A DNA stretch of 64,000 nucleotides from Abditibacterium sp. (GCA_965246885.1 OZ251992.1:416001-480000); one strand, 5' to 3'. Numbered from the stretch's first letter, positions 29,111 through 39,050 are shown. The notes: generated by a model not told the origin, from the sequence alone. A program made the numbers and translations.

Positions 29111-30109
29111 ATGCAACACATCATGACCCCGTTTATGATCCTGATCTGGCTCGGCTTTCTGGCCTGCTTGGGATTGGTTTTGTCGGCGCAGTTCACGCGC
29201 GCGGGCTTCCAAAAGCGCCTCCAGCAAACGCTCACTCCCGACGAGGACGAAGTGGACGACCTTTTGTCCGAGCAAAACAAAGCCGAAATGGAGAAGTCCT
29301 TCGTCGCGCGCCTCATGACGCCGGTCGTGAAGAAGTTCGGCGCGCTGTTTCGCGGCTCGGCGCGCGCTTCGGCGGGCGCGCAGGTGCGCGACATGCTCGA
29401 ACAAGCGGGGCACCCGATGGGCATGCACTACCCCGAATTTCTGGGCCTCAAACTGTTCTGCCTGATCTTCTTTACCGGATTCGCGATGATTTCGGGCGTG
29501 TTCATCGTCCCCTTGATGCTCGGCTTGTATGGCATGGGCGGCGACCCCACCACCACCATCATCATGGAAGGCTTATACGTGTTGATTGGCGCCTACATGG
29601 GCTTTTCGGGGCCGACGTTTTGGCTGCGCAAAGCCGTCAACAAGCGCCTCAAGCAAATCCGCAAGTCAATGGCGGACGTGGTAGACCTTATCGTTCTCGC
29701 CATCGAAGCGGGTCTGGGCTTCGACCAAGCGGTCGGCCAAGCGGTGCAAAAAACGACCGGCCCGCTATCGGAAGAGTTGGCGCGCGTTTTGGACGAAATC
29801 CGCGTCGGCAAGCAGCAGGGCGAAGCGTTCCGCGACATGGCCAAGCGCGTTCGGATGTCCGAACTCACGCTTCTGGTCGCCGCCATCGACCAAGCGACGC
29901 GCATGGGCACCGGTCTGTCGCACGCGCTCCGGTTGCAAGCGACCGAAATCCGCGAGCGCCGCATGAGCTACATCAAAGAGCAAGCCGGAAAACTGCCCGT
30001 CAAAATGATGATGCCGCTTGTATTTTGCATCTTCCCCGCGCTGTTCGTGGTCATCCTCGGCCCCGCCGCCGTGAAGATGATGGAAATGTCGGCGCGCGGC
30101 GAAATTTAA
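29111..30109 (+). CDS. tadC: Tad pilus membrane protein (T2SSF domain)
   Basis: EAGLGFDQA, KLPVKMMMPLVFCIFP. Confidence 0.92.
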   Translation: MQHIMTPFMILIWLGFLACLGLVLSAQFTRAGFQKRLQQTLTPDEDEVDDLLSEQNKAEMEKSFVARLMTPVVKKFGALFRGSARASAGAQVRDMLEQAGHPMGMHYPEFLGLKLFCLIFFTGFAMISGVFIVPLMLGLYGMGGDPTTTIIMEGLYVLIGAYMGFSGPTFWLRKAVNKRLKQIRKSMADVVDLIVLAIEAGLGFDQAVGQAVQKTTGPLSEELARVLDEIRVGKQQGEAFRDMAKRVRMSELTLLVAAIDQATRMGTGLSHALRLQATEIRERRMSYIKEQAGKLPVKMMMPLVFCIFPALFVVILGPAAVKMMEMSARGEI

Positions 30110-30136
30110 GCTCTGAATTATGCGGGCGACGCGCTG

Positions 30137-30260
30137 ACAGACCTCTGTCGTCGCGTCGCCCATGCGTGCCGATGGAAGAATTAGCCGCGCCACCCAAAGA
30201 ATTAAGCGCGCCGATGGAAGAATTAAGCGCGCCAGCGCGTCGCCCATGTCTGTCGTAGCG
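30137..30260. repeat. Composite 21-bp-period array
   Basis: AGAATT-type units nested between GTCTG-type units; cgcgtcgcccatg at 30152 and 30236 (84 bp apart). Confidence 0.8.
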
Positions 30261-30329
30261 GCGCCGATGACGGTGGAAGGGTGACGGAGGGCGGCGGCGG
30301 TGCGGCGCGGGTTCGTTAACCTTTCCCGT

Positions 30330-31229
30330 ATGGCAACCGCTCCGCACGCGCCGTTTGGCCCCCTGCTCACCGCGATGGTGACGCCGTTTCACGCCGATTT
30401 TTCCTTGGATTACGAGAAGGCCGAGCAAGTCGCGGCCCATCTGCTCGCTAATGGCTCGTCGGGCCTCATCGTTTCAGGCACGACCGGCGAAAGCCCGACG
30501 CTTTCTCCCGAAGAAAAGCTGGAACTGTTCCGCCGCGTGAAGCGCGTGGCCGGACACGCGCCTGTCGTCGCCAACACCGGAGACAACGAGACCGCCTTTT
30601 CGGTCGAGTTCTCCAAGCAAGCGCAGGAAACCGGCGTGGACGCGCTGCTGCTTGTCGTGCCGTATTACAACAAGCCCTCGCAAGAAGGGCTGTTTCGGCA
30701 CTACGAGGCGATAGCGAACGCGGTTAATTTGCCGTGCGTGTTGTACAACGTGCCGGGCCGCACGGCGCGTAATATGGCGCCCGCGACGCAGGCCCGCCTC
30801 AGCCGCATCCCGAACATCGTCGCCACCAAAGAAGCGAGCGGCGACATGATCCAGACCGCCCACATCCGCGCCCTGAGTGACCCCGACTTTGCCATTTATT
30901 CCGGCGACGACGCCGCGACGCTTCCCATGCTGCCCTTGGGTTGCTGCGGCTGCATCTCGGTGCTGTCGCACATCGCTGGGAAGCCGTTCCTCCAGATGAT
31001 GGAGTCGTTCTGGGCGGGCGATTATGACACCGCGCGCCAATTGCACTTGCGCCTCCTCCCAGTTATCGAGGCCATCTTCCCCGCGAACGCGCCCAACCCC
31101 GCCCCCATCAAGGCCGCCCTCAAACTACAGGGCCTCGACACCGGCCCCCTTAGATTGCCCCTGTTAGAGTGCGACGCCGGGGAAGTCGCGGAGTTAAAGC
31201 AGGTGTTGCAAACGGCGGAACTGCTTTAA
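30330..31229 (+). CDS. dapA: 4-hydroxy-tetrahydrodipicolinate synthase
   Basis: TAMVTPF, GTTGES, PYYNKP, YNVPGRT, KEASG. Confidence 0.96.
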   Translation: MATAPHAPFGPLLTAMVTPFHADFSLDYEKAEQVAAHLLANGSSGLIVSGTTGESPTLSPEEKLELFRRVKRVAGHAPVVANTGDNETAFSVEFSKQAQETGVDALLLVVPYYNKPSQEGLFRHYEAIANAVNLPCVLYNVPGRTARNMAPATQARLSRIPNIVATKEASGDMIQTAHIRALSDPDFAIYSGDDAATLPMLPLGCCGCISVLSHIAGKPFLQMMESFWAGDYDTARQLHLRLLPVIEAIFPANAPNPAPIKAALKLQGLDTGPLRLPLLECDAGEVAELKQVLQTAELL

Positions 31230-31283
31230 CCCACAGAGGCGCTACTTCCAGCGCCCTCGCGGGCAACCGGAGAAGCCGCGCTC

Positions 31284-31400
31284 TGTCATTCCGAGGGGAG
31301 CCTTGGCGACGGGAGGAATCTACTTTCGCCCTCTGCTCGGTGGCAAACAGGCCGCGGGGATTAGATTCCTCCCGTCGCCAAGGCTCCCCTCGGAATGACA
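31284..31400. repeat. Long inverted repeat, TGTCATTCC-type REP-like element
   Basis: 39-bp perfect arms at 31284-31322 and 31362-31400. Confidence 0.9.
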
Positions 31401-31432
31401 AATTGCGACTCTGTAAGGTATCTTTTACTGAG

Positions 31433-31732
31433 ATGAACCGCCACCGCGCTTTCACGGGCGAATGGATGCCCCGCTTCTTTGTATGCGTTGTGGATATTAC
31501 CTTTTGGGGTGTTGTCTTGGCGCGCGTGTCGGGTTTGTCTGAGCCAATCTCTTTTGGTTTGTTGACGCTCTTGGCGATTGCCCTCTCGTTTTTGTGCGCG
31601 GCTGTTTGCGAGCGCGACGCGCAAAAGGCGGCGATTTTGTCGGATTGGTTTCTCTATTTCCCTGTCGTCGTCGCGTTGGGTTTGGTTGGTTGGGCCGCTT
31701 GGTTCGTGTTGTGGCCCAAACTCTCCAAGTAG
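31433..31732 (+). CDS. Small membrane protein
   Basis: Three hydrophobic segments; starts MNRHRA. Confidence 0.65.
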   Translation: MNRHRAFTGEWMPRFFVCVVDITFWGVVLARVSGLSEPISFGLLTLLAIALSFLCAAVCERDAQKAAILSDWFLYFPVVVALGLVGWAAWFVLWPKLSK

Positions 31733-31744
31733 CCTAACAATTTG

Positions 31745-32044
31745 ATGAACCGTCACCGCGCCTCCTTTTCGTGCTTCCATGCGCTGGGTTGCGGATTGCC
31801 GCCGCTTTACTCGCTGTGCTATGCGCCGATTATCGCCCGCTTTTTGATGGCGCACGGCGTTCCTAAATGGCTTGGATGGGTGCTGGGATTCGCCGGATTT
31901 TGGGGAGGGATGAACTTGGGGCACCGTCTCGCGGTCGTTTTGCCGCCGAGGTTTGCGAAACTGGCGAACGTTATCGAGTTTGCCGTGTGGGTGTTGCCTG
32001 CACTTGGCATCCTCGTTTTGTTAGTGACCGAGCTACCGCGATAA
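31745..32044 (+). CDS. Small membrane protein
   Basis: Hydrophobic; also starts MNRHRA. Confidence 0.65.
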   Translation: MNRHRASFSCFHALGCGLPPLYSLCYAPIIARFLMAHGVPKWLGWVLGFAGFWGGMNLGHRLAVVLPPRFAKLANVIEFAVWVLPALGILVLLVTELPR

Positions 32045-32053
32045 CCCCGCCTC

Positions 32054-32701
32054 ATGGATAAAATCGAATTGCTTTCCGCCCTCGCCGACGAGATTCGCGT
32101 CTGCCCATTGTGCCGTTTGGCCGAAACGCGTACACTCGCCGTTCCCGGCGAGGGCAACGGGACGGCGGAGATTATGTTCGTGGGCGAGGGGCCGGGCGAG
32201 CAGGAAGACCAATCGGGGCGCCCGTTCGTCGGGCGGAGCGGGCAACTGCTGACGCAAGAACTGCTGAAAATCGGTATCCGACGCGAGCAGATTTTCATCA
32301 CCAACATCGTCAAGTGCCGCCCGCCGGGAAACCGCGACCCGCTCCCCGATGAAATCGCCGCGTGCAACGACTGGCTCAGCGCCCAAATCGCGCTCATCGA
32401 GCCGAAATTCATCGTCCCCGTCGGCGGGCCATCGCTCAAAACCCTCGTATCGCCCAAGCTCGGCATCACCAAAGCGCGCTCCAAGGTCTATCGGCGCGAC
32501 GGCATCCTGTTCATCCCGATACTCCACCCCGCCGCCGCACTGCGAAGCCCCGCCACGATGGAGCAGTTTCTGGAGGACTTGGCGAATCTCAAAAACTTCC
32601 TGTCGCGCGACATCACCGACGAGGAAATCACCCCGGTCGAAGACCCCAAACCCGCCGCCCCGTCGGTGGACGGGGACGGCGGGACACTGAGTTTGTTTTG
32701 A
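32054..32701 (+). CDS. udg: Uracil-DNA glycosylase family 4
   Basis: CPLC, GEGPG, PFVG, KCRPP.NR, HPAA. Confidence 0.93.
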   Translation: MDKIELLSALADEIRVCPLCRLAETRTLAVPGEGNGTAEIMFVGEGPGEQEDQSGRPFVGRSGQLLTQELLKIGIRREQIFITNIVKCRPPGNRDPLPDEIAACNDWLSAQIALIEPKFIVPVGGPSLKTLVSPKLGITKARSKVYRRDGILFIPILHPAAALRSPATMEQFLEDLANLKNFLSRDITDEEITPVEDPKPAAPSVDGDGGTLSLF

Positions 32702-32707
32702 ACGATT

Positions 32708-33550
32708 ATGAAACGCTTTCTACCACTACTTGCGCTGGGGATTATACTGGGCCGCGAAGCGGCCTACGCGCAGGCCAAACCCCAAGAATCAACGCGCCGC
32801 AAAGACCAAGTCCTCGACTTGCTCGCCCCATATCTGCAAGCCGACACGTTTCAGGGGACGCTCGACCTGACGGCTACGAGCGTTGAAGCGGGGCGCGAGG
32901 TGCTGATCTTTCACGTCCAAACCCAAACGGCGTATCGCTCCGATGACGACGGAAACACGCAGCGCGAAGCGACGCGGGCAGTTGTGAACTACAAAATCGG
33001 TTCTCGCCCTGTCACCTACACCTACAAGGTGGTGGATACCGGGAAATCCCGAACTGCCGCAGTGATAGAGAAGAAGCTGTATGCGCCAGCCGCGCGCGAA
33101 CCGCGCTCGCCTGCCCTCGCGCTGCTGCTGCCCGCGATCATCAATGTGTCTCGCCTCGTTGAACAGGACGCGAAAGCGAGTTTCTCGGTTTCCGATGGAG
33201 TGCAAGATGGGCACGCCGTCAGCATCCTGCTGAGCCAAGGACAGACCGCCGACTTCAAACTGCGCGCCGTATCGGACGCCCACAGCCACGCGCTGGAATC
33301 GCTCCGCATTCAGAACAACGCGCACGTGGTCACGGTGCGGATTTCCAACCAAAAGTTCGATGAGCCACTGGCCGAGTCGCTGTTCGGATGGAAGCCGCCA
33401 AGCGACTACCGCCGCACAACGCAGCGCGAGTTGGAAAGGTGGCTGCTTCCGCCCGCTCTCTCCGCGCCCAGAGTGCCTACGGCTCCGAAAGTGGTGCCTG
33501 CAGCGAGTTTTCGCACGGGAGAGAGCGGTGCGGCGCTCTCCCTCTTTTAG
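32708..33550 (+). CDS. Secreted LolA-like fold protein
   Basis: Signal peptide; C-terminal ISNQKFDEPLAESLFGWKPP resembles LolA-like proteins. Confidence 0.6.
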   Translation: MKRFLPLLALGIILGREAAYAQAKPQESTRRKDQVLDLLAPYLQADTFQGTLDLTATSVEAGREVLIFHVQTQTAYRSDDDGNTQREATRAVVNYKIGSRPVTYTYKVVDTGKSRTAAVIEKKLYAPAAREPRSPALALLLPAIINVSRLVEQDAKASFSVSDGVQDGHAVSILLSQGQTADFKLRAVSDAHSHALESLRIQNNAHVVTVRISNQKFDEPLAESLFGWKPPSDYRRTTQRELERWLLPPALSAPRVPTAPKVVPAASFRTGESGAALSLF

Positions 33551-33559
33551 CTGCCTACT

Positions 33560-33637
33560 GGCCCGCAGATGAACACGGACAACCCCAGATAAACATCTGC
33601 GTTCCATCCGCGCCCTCTCTGTGTCCATGTGTGGGCC
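33560..33637. repeat. Imperfect inverted repeat (CAGAT..ACAC type)
   Basis: ggcccgcagatgaacacggac ... gtgtccatgtgtgggcc. Confidence 0.5.
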
Positions 33638-33762
33638 AAAAAGAAAGCGGAAACAGTTGGCGGCTCAGGCGTCTTAGACCGCACAAAACCAGTTTTTTCG
33701 CCGCGCGACGACCACTCGCCGTGCGGCTCTTTTTTGTCAACTTCAAGGACAACACACCAACA

Positions 33763-35424
33763 ATGAAAGACCGAATCAAAATTATCCCGCTTGGCGGGGC
33801 CGCCGAAATCGGCAAGAACATGATGCTCTATGAATACGACGACAAAATCCTCATCGTGGATTGCGGCGTCATGTTCCCCGACGAGGAACACCCCGGCGTC
33901 GACCTCATCATCCCCGACTTTTCGTATCTCAAAGAGAACCGTAAGAAAATCGTCGGGCTGTGCCTGACGCACGGGCACGAAGACCACGTCGGGGCGATGG
34001 GCTACTTCCTCGCCGAGTTCCCCGAAGTCAAAATCTACGGCTCGCCCTTGACGCTGGGCATCATGGGCATCCGCCTCCGTGAGGCGCCCGTTGACCCGAA
34101 GGACATCAAGACGCAAATCGTGCAACCGGGCGAAGCCGTGCAAGTCGGGCCGTTCAACGTCGAATGGATTCGCGTGTCGCACTCCATTCCCGATTCGTGC
34201 GGCTTTGCCATCTCGACCGAGATTGGTACCGTCGTCCAGTCGGGCGATTTCAAGTGGGATCAAAACCCAATTGACGGCAAAGCGCCGATGATCTCGCGCT
34301 TCGCCCACTACGGCGAGCAGGGCGTCTTGGCGCTCTTGTCCGACACCACCAACGCCACGCGCTCCGGCTCGTGCGAGAGTGAAAGCACCGTGCGCCCCGC
34401 GTTGGAGCGCATCTTCGCTGACGCTCCGGGTCGCGTGTTCGTCGCGTCGTTCGGCTCGAACGTCCACCGCGTTCAGCAAGTCCTCGACATAGCGCACCTT
34501 TACGGGCGCCGCGTCGCGTATACGGGCCGCTCGATGCTGCAAATCTGCGCCGTCGCCACCGAGTTGGGCTACCTCAAGCCGCCCACGCCGGTCATTGACA
34601 TCGAAGAGATAGACGACTACGCCGACGACAAGCTGTGCATCGTGATGACGGGTTCGCAAGGCGAACCGATGGCGGCTCTAAGCAAAATCGCGCGCGGCAA
34701 CAACCGCTTCGTGACGCTGCGCGAAAACGACACGGTCGTTCTCAGTTCCAGCCCGATTCCCGGCAACGAGGGCGCCATTTACAAGGTCATCAACAACTTG
34801 TGCATGGCGGGCGCGCATGTTTTCCGCGCGCCGCACGACCACGTCCACGTTTCGGGACACGGCAACCGCGAGGATTTGAAGCTGATGCTTAACCTCACCA
34901 AGCCCAAATACGCCATTCCCTATCACGGCGAACCGCGCCACGCCCTCGCCTACGCCGACCTGTGCGAGGAGATGGGTTACTCGCGCGAGCAAATCCCGTT
35001 CATGCAAATCGGCGACGTCGTCGAAGTCAGTCCGCAAGGCATCTCGATGACCGACCAAGTCACGGCGGGCGAAGTGTTGGTGGACGGCCTCACCATCGGC
35101 GATGTCGGCTATTCCGTCCTACGCGACCGCAAGCACTTGAGCGACGATGGCGTCGTCGTCGCCAGCGTGATTATCGCCAAAAAGACCGGCGCCATCCTGA
35201 GCGGCCCCGACCTGACGCAGCGCGGCTTCTTGCACCAGCCCAACAACGAGGAGTTCCTCAAGGGCGCGGGCCAAAAAGTCGTGGACAAAATGCGCGGCAT
35301 CAAAGGCGGCGCGGGCGGCGACCTCAACGGCCTGTCCCGCCTCATCCGCGAAACCCTGAGCGACCACTTCTGGGTGCAACTCAAGCGCCGCCCCATGATC
35401 CTGCCCGTCGTGATGGAGGTTTGA
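33763..35424 (+). CDS. rnj: Ribonuclease J
   Basis: EIGKNM, THGHEDH, HSIPD, TGSQGEP, HVSGH, RRPMILPV. Confidence 0.96.
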   Translation: MKDRIKIIPLGGAAEIGKNMMLYEYDDKILIVDCGVMFPDEEHPGVDLIIPDFSYLKENRKKIVGLCLTHGHEDHVGAMGYFLAEFPEVKIYGSPLTLGIMGIRLREAPVDPKDIKTQIVQPGEAVQVGPFNVEWIRVSHSIPDSCGFAISTEIGTVVQSGDFKWDQNPIDGKAPMISRFAHYGEQGVLALLSDTTNATRSGSCESESTVRPALERIFADAPGRVFVASFGSNVHRVQQVLDIAHLYGRRVAYTGRSMLQICAVATELGYLKPPTPVIDIEEIDDYADDKLCIVMTGSQGEPMAALSKIARGNNRFVTLRENDTVVLSSSPIPGNEGAIYKVINNLCMAGAHVFRAPHDHVHVSGHGNREDLKLMLNLTKPKYAIPYHGEPRHALAYADLCEEMGYSREQIPFMQIGDVVEVSPQGISMTDQVTAGEVLVDGLTIGDVGYSVLRDRKHLSDDGVVVASVIIAKKTGAILSGPDLTQRGFLHQPNNEEFLKGAGQKVVDKMRGIKGGAGGDLNGLSRLIRETLSDHFWVQLKRRPMILPVVMEV

Positions 35425-35429
35425 GCCAG

Positions 35430-35460
35430 AAAAGCCCGCCCCGAAAGGGGCGGGCTTTTT
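35430..35460 (+). terminator. Intrinsic terminator
   Basis: aaaagcccgcccc-gaaa-ggggcgggcttttt. Confidence 0.9.
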
Positions 35461-35499
35461 GCGCATCAAGGCGTCAAGGGGTATGATTATCTCGGTGCC

Positions 35500-36465
35500 A
35501 TGAAACGCAAACTCTTCTTCGCGGGCGTGCTGCTTGTGCCGGTGGTGGGGATGTTCCTCGCCGCGCGTGCGGCGGCGAGTTGGCGCCCTGTTCGCGCTGC
35601 CGTCGCGCCGGGCGCCTACACCCTGCGCGCTCTGCCGCACGATTGGTTGGAGACGCGGTCGGATTGGGGTGTCCGATTGATGCGCGGCGACCAAACCTTC
35701 GTTGCGAAGACTTATCATGGCTATGCCGCCGTCTCGCCTGACGATACGCTCGTGGCCCTTTTTGATTCGGGGCAACATGATTGGGGAAGCTCAATTACCT
35801 TCAGCCAGCCCTCGCTGCGTGTGGCGAATATCGCTGATGGGCAAACGCGGCGCGTCTGGCGTAGTTTGCCTTTTCGTCAGGGCGAGGAAATAGAAGATGG
35901 ACGGTTCGAGCAAAGCGGGCGTGTGCTGGCCGTTGCCACGTTCTTTCGCGTCTTGCGCTTGGATGTCTCGACGGGGAAGATGCTCTCCAACGTCCCGATG
36001 CGCTTCCAAAACACGCCCGCCGAAGGGTGTGGCATGATGAGCGGCGTCTCGTTCTTAAAGAACGGCGACCTTTACTACCTCAACGGCGATGCGGGGCTGG
36101 TCGTGGACGGGCGAACGGGAGTGCCCAAGCGCAAAGCGGACATGGGCACCGTTTCGCCCGATGAGTCGTTGGTGTTCTTTACATACGATCCCCAAGCGCT
36201 TGGGATGTGGGTCGGCGACTTCCACACCGGCAAACAACTCTGGAAGGAAGACACGGCAACCGAGGGCGACGCCAGCATCTCGCCCGACAGCCGCACTTTT
36301 TTAGTCGTCCGCCAAGGCAAGACCTTTTTGGTTGACGCCCGCACCGGGAAGGTGCAACGCGAACTCAAACTCCCCGTCGCCAAAAGCTACGCCTTCGCGC
36401 CCGACGGCAACGCCATCTACGCCCTGCGCGAAGACGGGAGCATCTTCCGGTGCCGGTTGAAGTGA
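35500..36465 (+). CDS. Secreted/membrane-anchored WD40-like beta-propeller protein
   Basis: Signal/anchor; SPD and FAPDG repeats. Confidence 0.75.
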   Translation: MKRKLFFAGVLLVPVVGMFLAARAAASWRPVRAAVAPGAYTLRALPHDWLETRSDWGVRLMRGDQTFVAKTYHGYAAVSPDDTLVALFDSGQHDWGSSITFSQPSLRVANIADGQTRRVWRSLPFRQGEEIEDGRFEQSGRVLAVATFFRVLRLDVSTGKMLSNVPMRFQNTPAEGCGMMSGVSFLKNGDLYYLNGDAGLVVDGRTGVPKRKADMGTVSPDESLVFFTYDPQALGMWVGDFHTGKQLWKEDTATEGDASISPDSRTFLVVRQGKTFLVDARTGKVQRELKLPVAKSYAFAPDGNAIYALREDGSIFRCRLK

Positions 36466-36468
36466 ACC

Positions 36469-37356
36469 TCACCCGTTCGCCGGGTTGAAGGGCGAATAGG
36501 CGCCGAACCCCCAGCGCATCGGGGTGAAGTGGGGCGACCAAAGGGCGCGGCGAAGGGTGAATCGAACTGTGCGGTCGGTGCCATGCCAGACGGTGCGGGC
36601 TTCGCCGCTCAGTTGGAGCAGGGCGCCGGACGCGAAATCGAGAAAGGCGAGGCCCGCGCGCGGGTCGAGTTCAAGGTTGCCCAGCGTTTGGAACATGGCG
36701 TTGCCGGGGAAGTCGCGCCACACGAGCGTGCGGTCGTCCCCGGCGCGGACAAAGCCGGGGTTGCCGCCCCGGTGGGAGCAGTCGGCGCCGTTTCCGGGGG
36801 AGGCGGTGGCGATGAAAAAGGTGTCGGCGCGCGCGACAAAGAGTGCCGCCGCCTCGTCCAAGACGTCGCTTTCGATGGGCGCGACGGCGACGACGGGAGC
36901 GGCGACGGGCAAAACGTGGCGCTCTTGGATGTATTTCGGGCAGTTGGAATACACCTGCTCGCCCACGATTTCTACGATGTCGCCGCTCCGATGGCCCATT
37001 CCGTTGGCGCGCAAGCGGCGGCGCGTGGAAAGGTCAAGGGCAATCAGGCCAACGGGCGCGGCGCCGTTTCCAAGTGCGCGCCAGAGCGGATCGGCGTCCA
37101 AAGGCGCCGCGAGACGGACGGCATCAAGACGCAAACTGTTCCCGACGACGCTCATAAACCCCTCGCCCGCGAGGGGCGTCGTCCACAACGCGCCGGTTTC
37201 GTCGGCGCCGCCCAAAAAAGCGAGCGACTGCTGGCGTACAAAGTCGCGCGCCGCGTCGGGCCATAGGTCGCGGATACCCTGTCCGACGCGCGCGGCCATG
37301 TCGCGCATGCCCGCGCGCTCTTGAACGGCGAGTTCGCCGGGGTGGAAAGGGTTCAT
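36469..37356 (-). CDS. Pyridoxamine 5'-phosphate oxidase family protein
   Basis: FHPGE, RLRANG, NCPKYI, SHRGG.PGF. Confidence 0.9.
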   Translation of the reverse strand: MNPFHPGELAVQERAGMRDMAARVGQGIRDLWPDAARDFVRQQSLAFLGGADETGALWTTPLAGEGFMSVVGNSLRLDAVRLAAPLDADPLWRALGNGAAPVGLIALDLSTRRRLRANGMGHRSGDIVEIVGEQVYSNCPKYIQERHVLPVAAPVVAVAPIESDVLDEAAALFVARADTFFIATASPGNGADCSHRGGNPGFVRAGDDRTLVWRDFPGNAMFQTLGNLELDPRAGLAFLDFASGALLQLSGEARTVWHGTDRTVRFTLRRALWSPHFTPMRWGFGAYSPFNPANG

Positions 37357-37362
37357 AATTCC

Positions 37363-37800
37363 CTAAAAGAAGCCGCACGACGGCGCGGCGCCACTGGGCG
37401 CGTCCGCTTCGTCCGCGCCGGAGGGGGCGTAGATTTCCAAGCGGATGCCGTCGGGGTCGCGGAAAAAGATGCCGCCGCTTTGCATCCCTTCGGCGTGCGG
37501 AACGACGCCTTGATACAAGAACTCCGCGCCCAGTTCGCGCACGCGGGTCTCGGCAGTGCGCACGTCTTCGATGCTTCCCACCTCAAACGAGAGGTGGTGC
37601 AGGCCGGGAGTCGCGCCATCGAAGCGCCCCTTACCCTGTTGCCAGAGCGTCACATAAAGGGTGCCGCCCTCGCCCAGAAAAGCGAACTGCTTGCCCGCTT
37701 CAGCCGATTCGCCCATCACGCTCAGGCCGAAGGCCTGAGTGTAGAACTCTTTGGAGCGCGCGATGTCGCTCACGTTGATGCCGATGTGTCCTGTTTTCAT
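37363..37800 (-). CDS. VOC/glyoxalase family protein
   Basis: HIGINV, GLHHLSF, DPDGIRLE. Confidence 0.92.
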   Translation of the reverse strand: MKTGHIGINVSDIARSKEFYTQAFGLSVMGESAEAGKQFAFLGEGGTLYVTLWQQGKGRFDGATPGLHHLSFEVGSIEDVRTAETRVRELGAEFLYQGVVPHAEGMQSGGIFFRDPDGIRLEIYAPSGADEADAPSGAAPSCGFF

Positions 37801-37812
37801 AGTGTATTTTCC

Positions 37813-38295
37813 TTAGCGCGACGGGCGAGGGCTATCCCACCAGTCGGCGTCGTTCCACTCGCGCGGCGCGGCGTCATCGCGCAGCAGCCGCTCCGCTTCG
37901 TCAATGGGAAGGTCGTTGATGCTGGCTTCGCGGCGGCGCATCAGGCCCGACGAATCGAACTCCCACAGTTCGTTGCCATGCGAGCGGTGCCACCCGCCTG
38001 CCGCGCCCTGCCACTCATAAAAGAAGCGCACCGCCATGCGGTTTTCGCGGAACCCCCACAGTTGCTTGACCAAGCGGTAATCGAGTTCGCACCTCCACTT
38101 GCGCGTCAGGAAGGCAAGGATGGCGGCGCGGCCCGCGAAGAACTCGTCGCGGTTGCGCCACTGGCTGTCGAGCGTGTAGGCCGAAGCCACTCGCTCCGGG
38201 TCGCGCGTGTTCCAAGCGTCCTGCGCCAATCGCACTTTCTGGCGCGCGGTTTCTATGGTGAATGGTGGCAACGGCGGGCGGGTTTCGGGCGTCAT
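37813..38295 (-). CDS. DUF1348 / NTF2-like protein
   Basis: [24 protein letters not shown]. Confidence 0.9.
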   Translation of the reverse strand: MTPETRPPLPPFTIETARQKVRLAQDAWNTRDPERVASAYTLDSQWRNRDEFFAGRAAILAFLTRKWRCELDYRLVKQLWGFRENRMAVRFFYEWQGAAGGWHRSHGNELWEFDSSGLMRRREASINDLPIDEAERLLRDDAAPREWNDADWWDSPRPSR

Positions 38296-38367
38296 GTCTG
38301 ACCTCCTATCGGGCGGTTAAGAGGTTAGCGACTTCTTTCTAACCCGTCAAGAGGCGCCTCGGTGGTT

Positions 38368-38949
38368 ATGAAGGATTTTCTTTGGATGGGCGCGCGGCTC
38401 TGGCTCGACGCGGTGAATACCGAGTGGGTCGAGGGCGACGAGCGCGTCGAAGGCTGGCCCGACGCGGTGGGTTTGGGCGCGTGGTTGCGACAAGCGGGCG
38501 ATCTGTATGAGGAAGCGGGAGCGCTGCGCGACTTCGCCCTCGCGGACGAGGCGCTCCTGCGCGATATGAAGCGGTTGCGCACGACACTACGCGCGGTTTG
38601 TGAGGCGGCGCACGCGACGGGCGCACTTGCGCCCCCAATGTTGGAAGAGATCAACGCGGCCTTGCGGCATCGCGGGGTCGTTACTCGCCTCGAAGCGGGC
38701 GCGAACGGCTGGCGCGAGCGGGAGTTGCCAAGCGGCGAAATGACGGACGCGCCTTATCTGCTCGCGCGCTCAGCCGCGCGGTCGCTGAGCCGGGGGGAGT
38801 TGGCGCGGCTGCGACCGTGTGCCAACCCCAACTGTATCCTGTGGTTCATGGACACGAGCAAGAACGGCACGCGGCGCTGGTGTTCAATGGAAGGGTGCGG
38901 CAACCGCGCCAAGGTCGCGGCGCACTTCGCGCGCAAGCGAGCGAAGTAA
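38368..38949 (+). CDS. ABATE/CGNR zinc-finger protein (probable regulator)
   Basis: LDAVNT; CANPNC...RRWCSMEGCGNR. Confidence 0.92.
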   Translation: MKDFLWMGARLWLDAVNTEWVEGDERVEGWPDAVGLGAWLRQAGDLYEEAGALRDFALADEALLRDMKRLRTTLRAVCEAAHATGALAPPMLEEINAALRHRGVVTRLEAGANGWRERELPSGEMTDAPYLLARSAARSLSRGELARLRPCANPNCILWFMDTSKNGTRRWCSMEGCGNRAKVAAHFARKRAK

Positions 38950-39050
38950 GGCGCGGCCAAATTGGTTCACGTCCCAACTTACACTGTGCGCGTCTCGTTA
39001 TGTCTTCGCCGCGCCGATTGCCGGGCCGTCTACGCAGCGCGCTCCTTTTT

